From a virus, in IMG/VR virus record IMGVR_UViG_3300037189_022865, positions 1-64,000 of that record: DNA of 64,000 nucleotides; one strand, written 5' to 3'. Positions within the stretch are counted from its first letter, which is position 1, and each line of letters opens with the position of its first letter. The notes under the pieces were generated by a model. It did no database searches, was not told the origin of the DNA, and was given only the letters and a program-made list of their open reading frames with translations. Shown piece after piece: positions 40,934 to 52,200 of this stretch. The position numbers and the translations under genes were made by a program.

Positions 40934-42465
40934 TGAACTTAGTACAAATCTCCGGAATGCCTGCTACCGGAAAAACAACAGGCGCTAGATTCTTAGACCC
41001 TAAGAAAACTTATTACATAGATGCAGACGGTAAGGGACTATCTTGGAAAGGATGAAAGTCAGACTATAATTCTGAGAATAAGAATTATGCCAAGACAACA
41101 GACATACCAACTATCTACAAACTTATCAAAACAATTTCAGAGAGCAAGCCAGATATTAACTGTATTGTTATAGATACTATTAACGCCATTATGACCACCG
41201 AAGAAATGGAGATCTTAGAGAATCCATCTAGAGATCAGTGGAAGGATCAATAGCTAGGTCCTGTACCTGTCTAATTGCTGGAAACTCCTTAGAGTTTATT
41301 ATACTACAAAGCAGCTTTGAAATATAGGCAAACTTGAATGTTAAAAAATAATAAAATTGGACAATCAGCAGCGAAGCTCCGAACAGGAGAACGTTCAGAG
41401 ATCATCCCTCCGAAGGGGAGTAGGGAAATTATTTATTCCCGAAATGGCAGGACTTCGTAGATGTGTATATTGTTTAATAGACAGTTCTAATAATAGAATT
41501 AGATATATTGGTAAAACAGAATGCGCGTTATCAAAAAGATTAAGAGAGCATTTGCAAGACTCTAGAAGACATAATACTAAAGTCAGTAGGTGAGTGCACA
41601 ATAGAGTAGATAACGGATATGATATAATAATGCGCCCATTAATATGTGATGTAGATTTAAATGTGTGAGAAAAAAGATTTATAAAAATCTTTAAACATAA
41701 GAACTTTAAACTATTAAATATGACTGATGGGGGCGGCGGTGTTTTAGGCACAAAGCAAACTGAGGAAACAAAGATTAAAAAGTCTTTAGCTCTTTCGGGT
41801 AAAAAGAAAAGCCCAGAACACATAGACAAAATGAGAAAAGCTTTTTCAAAAACAGCATTTGTTTACAACGCTGTAAATGGTAAGTTTGTAGGGGAGTATA
41901 GCTCATTTAAGCAAGCCAGCAAAGATTTGATAGTTAATCATACAGGACTACTTCTTTCCGCTAAATACGGAAGACATGTAAAAAACTACAGAGCTTTTTA
42001 TACATATCAAGGAAATGTAATTCCAGTAAAACCAAAATACTATAAGAAAACATCTATTGAGAAATATATAAACGAAGAAGATATGATCCAAGCCCCGTAG
42101 AAATATGGGGATTCTTGTTAGCGACCTCAGTGTGGAATCTTTACAAAATGATGCGCGAAATTAAGCGAGACGATCTTGTCGTATTCGTTATGGCGCACTG
42201 TGAACCATACGATGTCAATGGCATCACGCATTACCGAACAATGACAAACGGTAAGAAGCTTTCTAAAATTAATCTAAATGCTTTTCTAGCATACAATCTA
42301 TATACTAAAGTAACTAAAACCCCTGATAATAAATTTACCTACGATCTAATAACACAGTCTGATGGGACAACTGAGGCGAGAAGTGTTATGGGTGTTTTTG
42401 ATCCTAAGATTGAGAACAACCTTGAGGTAATAAGAAAATCAGTCCTTGAGGCTGAAATTGGTTAA
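40933..42465 (+). CDS. AAA-family (Sak4-like) ATPase; exon 1 40933-41247, exon 2 42118-42465; TGA 41053
   Basis: GMPATGKT, LSWKG*KSDY, IVIDT, DQWKD|LATSVW, FVMAH. Confidence 0.85.
41248..42117 (+). mobile_element. Group I intron in the AAA ATPase gene
   Basis: Exon ends in U, intron ends in G; P AATTGCTGGAAA, Q AATCAGCAGC, R GTTCAGAGATCAT, S AAGATATGATCC. Confidence 0.9.
41444..42100 (+). CDS. GIY-YIG homing endonuclease with NUMOD3-like repeat, 2 in-frame TGA
   Basis: VYCL...YIGKT..RLREH, KVSR*VHN (41591), LNV*EKRFI (41666), LLNMTDGG. Confidence 0.85.
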
Positions 42466-42484
42466 CTAAAACAATATAATCACT

Positions 42485-43063
42485 ATGTATCAAGCAACTA
42501 TGTTCAAAGAAGAGTCTTACTCTGGTGGAGGCTCCAAAATCCCCGTAGGAATTCACACGGGAAATATCGTGTTTAACGGTCTATCCACTGACTCTACATG
42601 AACTGATATAAACTTTTCGGAAGTAGCCACCGGAAAGGTAATTCATAAACGTCTCTTTGTACCAACTGGAGCTAATCCAAAAGAGGGAGAAAGCATTCAG
42701 GATGCGTACAACAGGGAAGTAACTAAAAACCTCAAGCATATTGTGCACGTAATGACTGCACTGCTTGGAGATGAGGCTGTTGCCTCTTTCAGCGCCGAAG
42801 ACTATAAGACCTTTGTTGCTAATGCCGCATCACTGCTTAATGAGCAAAAGGGTACCGCAGTAAACCTCAAAGTCGTTCCTGATTATAAGGAAAAGATGTA
42901 TCCAGAGCTCCCCTCATATGGTAATTATGTGGAGAAAGCAGGAGGAGTATCTCGTCTTTCCTTTTCCAAGAAAGAATTGGAGGCAATCAGCGAAATGTCA
43001 GCAAATCGCGCTAAGAAAGATGACGGAGCAATGTCGCAAGAAGACGTAGACTCTCTCATTTAA
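42485..43063 (+). CDS. Putative single-stranded DNA-binding protein, 1 in-frame TGA
   Basis: ATG 42485 is in frame with track ORF 42743 through TGA 42599; acidic C-terminus; follows the AAA ATPase. Confidence 0.6.
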
Positions 43064-43067
43064 TGAT

Positions 43068-43100
43068 TAGGGCGATAGGAGAAATCTTATCGCCCTTTTC
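43068..43100 (+). terminator. Intrinsic terminator
   Basis: AGGGCGATAGGA-GAAA-TCTTATCGCCCT followed by TTT. Confidence 0.75.
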
Positions 43101-43111
43101 TATTTTACCTG

Positions 43112-43414
43112 GTGGGTAAAGAGTGGTTCGATTCCACTCATAAAAGCATGAAGACTTTATCTGAATTCATTAACGGTGATCCAAAGAAGCTCGAAGAACT
43201 TCTGAAGGTCAACCCCACTATTGGGGATTCCATTATAATAGGAACCTTTAGCTGTACTTTTATAGACAGCTTAGGAGAGACTATAAAACTAACTAAACAC
43301 TGGTTTATGTTCACTCGCTACTTCCACTTAAATATGGAGTCTCAGGCAGAGTGTTTTGTTATAGACAAGTATAAGGCTGAAAAAATAATAAGAATAAGAG
43401 TACATAAAAAATGA
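43112..43414 (+). CDS. Hypothetical protein
   Basis: 100 aa; ATGA overlap with the primase start. Confidence 0.5.
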   Translation: MGKEWFDSTHKSMKTLSEFINGDPKKLEELLKVNPTIGDSIIIGTFSCTFIDSLGETIKLTKHWFMFTRYFHLNMESQAECFVIDKYKAEKIIRIRVHKK

Positions 43415-44379
43415 AGGCAATCTACTACACTGCTGATTGAAAAACCTCAGTAAACCAAGAGGCAGCGTTTGAATACTACATGGGGCAAAAGATAGTTCTT
43501 GGCAAGCTATACAAATCCCCATTACGAGAGGACAAGAATCCAACAGCAGCATTCTTCTATTCAGAGAGAGGCACACTCTACTTTAATGATTTTGGTATAG
43601 CGAAGATGTACTCCGTTATAGACTTTGTTAAAGCCAAATTCAATTTAAATTACGAGCAGGCGCTAACTAAGATGATTGCAGATCTTCCGTTAATGAAAGA
43701 CGGAGAGGTTACTGTTAAGGAAAAGGAACAAGTGTCTTACTCATTTACAAGACTTCCTATTGAGGATGGCATGTATTACTGGGATAAGTACAAAATTCCT
43801 AAGCATATAGTCGCAAAATACAGCTTTTTTGCTAAAAATATTTATAGAAACGAAGAGTATTGGGCACGCTCAACAAAGAACAATCCGATTTTTGTTTACA
43901 AATTTCCTTCGGGGAATATCAAAATCTATCGTCCGCTAAGTGTGGACAAGTCCAAAAAGTGGGGAGGAAATGCGAACACTAAAGATATAGGTGGTCTATT
44001 TCAACTTCCTCAAAAGGGAAGTGTTTTGTTTATAACATCTTCTATCAAGGACATAATGGTCTTAAGACAACATGGGTTTAATGCTGTTTGCTTTAACGGA
44101 GAAGGATATGGGACCTCTGATAAAAGTTACTCAGAATTACAACCGTTCATCGTTGGGCTTAAGAAAAGATTTAAACATATAATACTGTTTCTAGACAGTG
44201 ACGACGCTGGCGTAAGTTATGCGATGAAACTGTCCAATAAAATTAAATGTAAATGAGTTTCTCTCCCCAGAGAAAAGGACATCTCCGACTTCCAAAAGAA
44301 GTACGGCGTGCACAAGACCTTCAAACAGATCAAGAAATTGATCAAAAAAACAACCACACATGATAATCTCCCATTTTAA
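43411..44379 (+). CDS. DNA primase (TOPRIM), 2 in-frame TGA
   Basis: SPLREDKNPT, FLDSDDAG, and KDISD reached only past TGA 44254; N-terminal TGA 43438. Confidence 0.85.
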
Positions 44380-44737
44380 ACGACTAGAGCTCGTTCTTAT
44401 CTTCGGATTCTTTCTGATGCTCTCGTCTATCGCAATGTCCGTCGCAGTGATGGTAGATTTCTTCCAAGGAACTTCAGATAAACTGGATGTCCTCGTAAAA
44501 GACGCTTACTCTTCTAACACTACCTACGATGTGAATCTCATCGAGTATACCGATGGAAACGCGTACCACTACTGCATTCCAGCGGATCGTCAAACGGTTA
44601 AAGCGGGTATAGAAGAATTCAATATGCAGTGCGCGCTTGAATGCACAGAAAGCTGCCCAGATTCTATCAAGGTGATGCTGCTTGAAACAGTATTTGATCA
44701 GCAACAAGTTCTAAAAGACACGATGATTTACAAATGA
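44360..44737 (+). CDS. Hypothetical membrane-anchored protein
   Basis: N-terminal TM; ATGA overlap with ung. Confidence 0.6.
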   Translation: MIISHFKRLELVLIFGFFLMLSSIAMSVAVMVDFFQGTSDKLDVLVKDAYSSNTTYDVNLIEYTDGNAYHYCIPADRQTVKAGIEEFNMQCALECTESCPDSIKVMLLETVFDQQQVLKDTMIYK

Positions 44738-45393
44738 ACCACAGGAATATGTCACCCCTAACTGGGGAAAGCTGGGTATGGCCATTAGGAGAGGCTTTCG
44801 ATGTCTTCAAAAAAGACATCATCCCTTTTATAGTGGAGGAAGAGAAAACCAAAACAATCTACCCTGCAACACACACCGTTTTTCGGGCTTTTAAAGAGAT
44901 CCCATTCGAAGATGTGCGTGTAGTTATACTAGGCATGGACCCCTATCATGACGGAAGTGCGACTGGAATTGCTTTTGATAACCCTAAGAATGGAAAAATC
45001 TCACCATCGCTGAGAAACATTCTTAAGGAAATCGAAGAAGATACCGGCAAACCTTCCATTGGGTTTGACAATTCCTCATCGTATCTCGAGCACCTGCCAT
45101 CTCAAGGAGTACTTCTCCTCAATACCGCCCTAACAGTAGAAAAGGGCAACCCAGGAAGCCATTTGGATACTTGGAAATCATTTACCTATAATGTAATCAA
45201 AGCTCTCTCTAAAAAGGAAAAACTAATTTGGGTACTTTGGGGCAAAAAAGCTCAGAAGTTTAAACCAAATATTAATCCTAAGCATATTATAATAGAGAGT
45301 GCGCATCCCTCTCCATTCAGTTATCGACTGTTTAAAGGATGTAAATGTTTCACCCAAGTCAACGATAAGCTGGCTAAACCCATTATTTGGTAA
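44734..45393 (+). CDS. ung: Uracil-DNA glycosylase, family 1
   Basis: VVILGMDPYH, SPSLRNI, QGVLLLN, LWG, HPSP. Confidence 0.95.
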   Translation: MNHRNMSPLTGESWVWPLGEAFDVFKKDIIPFIVEEEKTKTIYPATHTVFRAFKEIPFEDVRVVILGMDPYHDGSATGIAFDNPKNGKISPSLRNILKEIEEDTGKPSIGFDNSSSYLEHLPSQGVLLLNTALTVEKGNPGSHLDTWKSFTYNVIKALSKKEKLIWVLWGKKAQKFKPNINPKHIIIESAHPSPFSYRLFKGCKCFTQVNDKLAKPIIW

Positions 45394-46145
45394 TGAACTT
45401 CTTCTTAGATCCAACGACCCGCAACCAAGTCAAATCCGCTGGCAGCCGTTTCCTCACTCCACCGTATCCATGTTCAGCCTGCTTCAATGGCGTTATGGAG
45501 ACAAGGTTGATAAAGCCCGTGCACGTGAATCCTCCTGCAGCAGTTAAGCTGACTCAGGACAAGACACGGCTCATGCAGGCTCTCAACAGGAATGAGATCC
45601 CAGTCCCCGATTTCTTCAGCGCCGATAAGTACTACAACAAGAAGACTGGCGATTTCCTTGCCGGTGTATTCCTTGACGACTTTTCGTTCGATGACTTCAT
45701 GGCTGTGGTAGTGAATCACGGTTTCCAGATGGAAATTGATGATTTGGTAAGCGCAGTCCAAGCAATGACCGGAATGCAAAACAGCCTGCCCAGCGCAGTA
45801 GTTCAGCGGAGAAACAAAGGAGAAGTGACCGGCACCGTCACTGCAATCCCAAATGGCGGAAACAAACTGTTTGATGGTAAGAACACCATCACCAATGGAA
45901 TCCTTCGCGAAAATCTGCCCTCCTTCCTGAAGGATGATTACCGTGAAGAGATCCTCGACACAGTGAACAGGGCGATTGATCTTCTCGATCTGGATTACGC
46001 AACTGCCACAGTGTCCATCAATACCGACAGCCATGAAGTGCTTGTTGTGGACATCAGCACCAACTTCGTGCCAGATGATGCCATCGCAATCCGATATTAC
46101 ATGGATGAGCTGAACAAGGCCCAGTCAAACAAAAAGAAGAAATGA
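45387..46145 (+). CDS. ATP-grasp-like protein (divergent)
   Basis: VNPPAAVKLTQDK...L....IPVP N-terminal pattern; LDLDYA..VVDIST. Confidence 0.5.
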   Translation: MVMNFFLDPTTRNQVKSAGSRFLTPPYPCSACFNGVMETRLIKPVHVNPPAAVKLTQDKTRLMQALNRNEIPVPDFFSADKYYNKKTGDFLAGVFLDDFSFDDFMAVVVNHGFQMEIDDLVSAVQAMTGMQNSLPSAVVQRRNKGEVTGTVTAIPNGGNKLFDGKNTITNGILRENLPSFLKDDYREEILDTVNRAIDLLDLDYATATVSINTDSHEVLVVDISTNFVPDDAIAIRYYMDELNKAQSNKKKK

Positions 46146-46516
46146 GAACCCGCAATAACCTCGAGGAATTCGCTTGAGAACAACTAACGAAGGAGGGGAT
46201 AACTTTTGAGTACGAAAAGGAAATTGAGTTATTCCCTTCCTTTGTTTTTAAAGGAATTGACATCGAAAAGAGAAACAAACAACTTAAAGTAAAGAACAAC
46301 AAGTATCAAAATATTGTATATTCTCCAGACTTTAGCGGAAAGAATTGAGTAATTGAGACAAAGGGTCTTAGGAGGCCCGCATTTGACCTGAGATGAAAGA
46401 TCTTTAAGTATACGATAAAGAATAAGGGGTGATTACTATTAATGCCTACAAACCAAAAAGAGGTGTTAGTATGTATAGATATATTAAAAAAGTGAATAAA
46501 GAATGATAGAGAATGA
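46142..46516 (+). CDS. PD-(D/E)xK endonuclease (endonuclease I/Holliday-junction resolvase-like), 4-5 in-frame TGA, absent from ORF track
   Basis: FEYE...YSPDFSGKN*VIETKG...FDLR*KIFK; TGA at 46175, 46346, 46394 and 46430; end at TGA 46495/46516 or TAA 46609. Confidence 0.85.
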
Positions 46517-47516
46517 TCCGATAACAGAATATTACAAATCTCCGAGAATATCCAACTCCCTGCTAAAAGCAATCGCAAATCCAAGAATACTAAAACTAAA
46601 GAAGGATAACCCAGAACTATTTGAAGATGACTCGGCTTCTTTAAGAATAGGCTCAGCAGTAGACTGTTTATTAACAGATCCTAAAGCCTGAGTTAGTAAG
46701 TTTAAAGTACTCGAAGTAAATAAGCCTTATGGCTTTATGGGCACATTTGTTTCTAACTTACCTAAGGGAATAACTAAAGACTCTCCTAAGGAAGATTACA
46801 TGAGTGCTTACTGAATGAGTGGTTATAAGATGAGTGCTGATTGGGTGATTAATAAGTTCTGAACTTCACCAGACGCTGTTGAATACTATAATACTTATAA
46901 AGAAGATGGGTATACAATTTTATCTAAAGATGAATACGACTCAGCTAAAAAGGCTGTATCTTTAGTTATGGATTCACCCTACGCATTTTCATACTTTCAA
47001 AGAAATAAAATACATGAAGAATTACTTCACCAAGTACCTATATATTTTACTCTTAAAGATCATGAGTTTAAAGCTCTCTTGGATGGGATTAAGATCGACC
47101 ACCAAGAAAAAACTATAGAGCCTTTTGATCTAAAAACAATAGGGAAATCTGTTTATGAATTCCCACTTAACTATATTCTATATGGCTACTACACACAAGC
47201 TGCTTTATATGAGTATGCTTTAAAGACAAAAGAGTCTCCAGTGTATGATCTACTTCAAGAAGGTTATACTCTAAAGGACTTTATCTTTATAGTAGCTGAG
47301 ACTAAAACCTCATCTTTTAATCCCGCTTTAATCTACACTACCTCTAAGGAGGAGAGAGAAGCTGGGTTTACTGGAGGTAACTTTAATAACAAATACCATA
47401 AAGGGATTTACCAACTTCTTGAGGATTATCTTTGGCATGTGGAAACTGACCAATGAATATACCCTAGAGAAATCTATCAAAATGAAGGGAGGATACCCCT
47501 TAAAGTATTCACCTAA
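46503..47516 (+). CDS. PD-(D/E)xK exonuclease (RecE/ExoVIII-like), 4 in-frame TGA
   Basis: ISNSLLK, GSAVDCLLT, KALLDGI...FDLKT, YYTQAALY; track ORFs 46503 and 46968 are joined through TGAs. Confidence 0.85.
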
Positions 47517-47546
47517 TAAAACTTAAACAGTCTAAAAGGTAACTAT

Positions 47547-48164
47547 ATGACACATAATCACGCAGTAAGCACCTACTTTATTTCTCCAATCTTTGAACTG
47601 CGCAAGAACGAACCCCTCAGCGTTTTTGATAAAGCCTTCTATACACAGACATATCTTGGTGACCATCAGCGTCCCGAGTATCGTAACTGAAAGGAAGGTA
47701 AGTATTTCATAATGGAGTACAACTCTAACATTCCTCAGGAACTTGTGGAGCACCTTAAATCAAATCCACATTTTAAAGAGCAGTATTCACCGCAGGATGG
47801 AAGAATACTCTTTGTGTTCTCTACACCGGAAGAGGTAAGAGAGAACTTTGTCCTTAAAGTTATTGAGGGCAAATATTCTGAGGCAGATCGGAAAGTGGTA
47901 GACAAATACTTCCCTGATAATCCATCACACTCCCGCTACGGAAATAGGCTAGTTTTCCTAAAGAGCGATTTGTGGAAGCAAAGATGGGAGCGAGAGATAG
48001 GAGTTGTGTTGCCTGATGGTGCGGAAGTATATAGCAAACCATTTCCACGTAATGAAGTATATGGATACTATAACGACAGTGTCGAACTGAATGAGAAGGT
48101 CGCAGATCAAACTACGATCGAATTGGACCTTTCTCACGAGGATTACGAACTGAAATCGGCTTAA
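47547..48164 (+). CDS. Hypothetical protein, 1 in-frame TGA
   Basis: ATG 47547 is in frame with 47712 through TGA 47688. Confidence 0.65.
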
Positions 48165-48510
48165 GCTGATCGGGCGGTATGATAATCTCAAAGATCTATC
48201 GCTAAATGAACTCGGGTTAAGTGAAAAAGACCTCTATGAATTAGAGGAAGTAAGGAGGGATAAGAAGACGTTTATACTTAAATCAATTGAACGCTCTTCC
48301 CCTTCTTTCGGAAGATTCATGTCCCAGGCTTACATTTATTATGAGACCGCAAAAAGCAAGAATAAGAAAGCTTTTGAGTCGGAGACTAAGAGTACGGTTG
48401 TGAAAAGACTGACTAAAAAGATCCACAAACTAAACGCCGAAACGTCACGAGTGCAGGACATTATGTCCATAGTTGTCGATCTTTACTTATTCTCAAGGGC
48501 TAAAAATTAG
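48091..48510 (+). CDS. Hypothetical protein (start uncertain; possibly 1 in-frame TGA at 48151)
   Basis: Frame open well upstream of track start 48319. Confidence 0.4.
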
Positions 48511-48539
48511 CCTGAAGCAAAAGTAGACTTATGAAAACA

Positions 48540-48586
48540 AAGAACCCCCACTCTCCATTACGGAGGGATGGGGGTTTTCTTTTTTA
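48540..48586 (+). terminator. Intrinsic terminator
   Basis: AACCCCCA-CTCTCC..GGAGGG-ATGGGGGTT followed by a T-tract. Confidence 0.7.
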
Positions 48587-48611
48587 TTAACATTCACCAA
48601 ACAAATTAACA

Positions 48612-49217
48612 ATGACCAAAAAGAAATTTCTTCTGGTTCCACTGGAGCAACTCCGCCCACTATTCTCCACAGAAGATGGCATCGACAACCGTCCCATTGA
48701 AGAAACTGAGGACATGATTGACTGCTTTCCAATGCAGTATGATGATCAGGATTTCCTTCTGGTAGCAGAGCCTCTGTTCATCGAAATGCGCCGTCAACTC
48801 ACAGACATGAGGATCCCATACCAAATAGAGGGGTATTACCCAAAGTCTGTTGATCCGGCCAAATTCTCCGGCGCTACCCTCGCTTCAGACGAAACAAGGA
48901 AAAAGATCATCAAGTGCTGCTTTTCGTACCATGAAGAAACGCCTCAATCCCTGGCAGAGAAACTCATTGATCCGGGCTACTGCGCCTGCAAAGGGGAGTG
49001 CAACAACTGCAAGAATAAACCCATAGCTGAGCAGGAGATTGATAAGTTTATCGACGACTCTATCCTGACCATTATGACCATCACCGGTAAGAAGTCTCTC
49101 ACCAAAGACGAGCAAGAACTGCTCAAGATCTTCTACAGTATCCTGCCGATCCGCTGGCAAGACAAGTACAACCAAAAAGTAACTGATCTACTGAAAGCCC
49201 TTAAAGGAGTTCAGTAA
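48612..49217 (+). CDS. Hypothetical protein with CxCxxxCxxC cluster
   Basis: 201 aa, CACKGECNNC. Confidence 0.65.
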   Translation: MTKKKFLLVPLEQLRPLFSTEDGIDNRPIEETEDMIDCFPMQYDDQDFLLVAEPLFIEMRRQLTDMRIPYQIEGYYPKSVDPAKFSGATLASDETRKKIIKCCFSYHEETPQSLAEKLIDPGYCACKGECNNCKNKPIAEQEIDKFIDDSILTIMTITGKKSLTKDEQELLKIFYSILPIRWQDKYNQKVTDLLKALKGVQ

Positions 49218-49268
49218 AAACAAAAACCCCCTGTCTTCTCTTGCGAGAGGGCAGGGGGATGTTTTTTG
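49218..49268. terminator. Bidirectional terminator between convergent blocks
   Basis: A-tract, CCCCCTGTCTTCTC-TTGC-GAGAGGGCAGGGGG, T-tract. Confidence 0.8.
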
Positions 49269-49279
49269 AGTGACGCCCA

Positions 49280-52200
49280 CTATTTAAGTGGGTAGATGCC
49301 ATAAAGAAAACTTGGGTCTTCATCATTACCAAGTATCTGTTCTATTTGTGATCTAGAAGAATAACCGGGTGTGAGAGTTAAAAATCCTCTAAGGCCCTTA
49401 GGCCAACCTTGTTTATCCACTTCTCCAGACATACCTTCAGTAAGAAGCGCCCAAGTAGATTTACCTATTTTGTTTGCTACCTCCAAAGATACTACTGGTT
49501 TATCTGTTGCATCAAGAATATCTTTTAACGAAAGGAATCGAGACATATCTGTTACAATTCTTGCAGCAGATTTTCCTAATGGAGTCTTTTCTTCTTCATC
49601 ATCAAATGCCCAAGAGTAAATGGCTAACATTGTTAACCACCATATAAGCGTGTTTATTAATGAAGACATAGCTCTAATTCTTGCATTTTTCAAAGTAGCT
49701 TCTCCAAGATCTCCTCCAGTCATGTAATCCATATGCTTTCCCTGAATAGCAGCAAACAAAGCAGCAAAGAATATCTTTATTTGTCCCTGAAGTATTTCGG
49801 AATGCCATTCATACATAGGCATACCATCTGGCTTCTTTCCAACTAAAACATATTTACCAATACTGCGATCTCTATACTTAGACCCGAATAAAACTTTAAC
49901 ATATTGGAATGCGTGTTTTTGAAATTGAGCTAAGAAGTCTCCCCATACAGAAGCTTCCATAGCGATTTTTTCATCTTTTCTGTAAGAGCCAGATACTCTT
50001 TCGTGAGTTCTTTTAAGAGCCTTTATCTCCATTGCCGTAAGCTCTTTAAGTTCGGTAGTTGTTCCGTCGGAGTTTTCTACTACGCCGCGAACACCCATGT
50101 TCCACCCACCTTTATCATCATGAGCATCCCAAAGGGATATTTTGTTTCCATCTTTATCTAATACTTTAGTTGATTTTAATAATCCAGCCAAATGCCAAAG
50201 GGATGAAAAATTTTCAAATAATGAATAAGCAGCATAAGCATTTTCTCCAAGACCTATTTTAGAGACAGCTTCCATTTTTTTAATATCCTCGTCGCTTATT
50301 ACGTAGTTATCTGGCAACCAATTAATCGCTTTAGCAATATTCCATAATTTAGATTCCTCTGGTTTTCCCATAATTGCCTTAGCAATATAATCATTAAAAA
50401 CTATTTTACCACCAACTAAATCTATTTGTCCTAGTTCTTCTACATCGACTCCATATATTTTAGACAGACCTTTTGTTACTATATTTTTAGTTGACTGGGA
50501 TATTGTTTGTAATGTTACATATATACCATTTCTTATTGGGGAAATAACTTTAAATCCAAGTGTTAAAAAAGATACAGAAGTTCTTAGCCAACGAACTATT
50601 TCGATTTCAGAGATTCTTACGTCGGTGCCTTCTTTTATACCTGTTACTTTTTCAGTTAACTTACCAGCTTTCCATCTTACTGCTCTGGTTAAAACTTTTT
50701 CAGTTTTTTGTCTTCCTAATATTTGAGTATATATTTCATCATCTAACCATTGAACTGTATTAGAATACCTAGCTTCTTCACCACTTTCCATAAGCTCTTC
50801 ATCTAAAGCATTACGAACGCCCCTAGCTAGATCATAAAGAGGGTCCATTTCTTGCTTAGTTTTCATGGACATCATGAACATTTTGAAAGCGATTTGGCCG
50901 TTAAAGCTGTGGTTTTCTGCATCTACTATACCAGGAGAATCTGTATGTTTAAAGTATCTAAATTGTATTCCCTCAGATCCTCTACCATATTTATCTTCAA
51001 AGAAACCATTTAAGCTTCTTTTAAATTCTTCTCCAACAGTGGTTTTAAGACCCATTAATCCTGCTCCATAACCAGAAGTTTTTATTTCTTCCTCTCTAAT
51101 TTCATTTATACTTTTAGGTATTCTAGGCATGAAATCTAGAGGCATTTCTTCTGGTAAACCTAAAGAACTGTATCTATAAATAGGTTGCCTAGTTACTTCA
51201 TCAAAACCAACTATTTCTTTAGCAAATTTATTATACTCCTCCTTCATTGTTTTATGAACGTAGTTTCTATAATCTTGCTCAGCTTTTGTCATTGGAACTT
51301 CTTTACCATTCTTCACATAAGTATTCTTTGTGTTAAGGTAGTAACCAGTTCCGCCTATCTCATCTGACTTTCTCCACATAAACGCGTAAAAATCTCTAGT
51401 ATCCATTTGTGTTTTAGAGGCAATAGCATTATGTGCGGCAACAACACCAGCAGCAAGAATTGGATTCCAAGTAGCCATAGAGGCGAAGTGAACCATTTCA
51501 AGTCCTTTCAAAGCTGCTTTATTCATTTTGTCGTTAGGACCAACCCTTTCATTCACTAGCTTTAAAAACAAATTATCATGGTTTTCTTCCAAATTTTTTG
51601 AAAAAATATTGAGCCTTTGTTTTGCTTCTAATAATACTTTATGTAAAACTTGTATTCTTGGGTTATCTACATCAGAAAAGTTTTTAATTTTCCAGAAAAA
51701 ACCTAAGTCTGGAGTTTTAGATTTAAGATCTATAGTGGGTTCTTTTTCTATCTCCAGTATTGCCTGTGAGTATTTTATACTTAAAGCTTTTTTTCTTGGG
51801 TCTCTTTCTACTTGTTCCTTAGAAGATCTTAAATAAAGATCTGACAATTTGTTTTTTAAATAAATAAGTTTTTCGTCTCTAGACAAATGAGATATTTCAG
51901 AATGTAAATCTATAAGTGATTGAGTTACTCCTTTGTAATTAGACAATTTAAACAATCCCTTTTTTTCCATTTCGTCATGGATTTTAGGGTGATTTGTTTT
52001 ATAATAATTTTGTATGGTAAAAAGATATGGTTCTAAGTCTAGTTCCATGGCCGTAGGATTACCCATAGCATCTATAACCAACAATTTAATTGATCTAAAT
52101 TTTAAATCTGGAAATTTTTCTTTAAGCATTACAGTTCTCAAAGCTTTTTCCAAATAAGCTCTGGATAATCTAGAGTCATTTATACCAAACTCTTCTCCAT

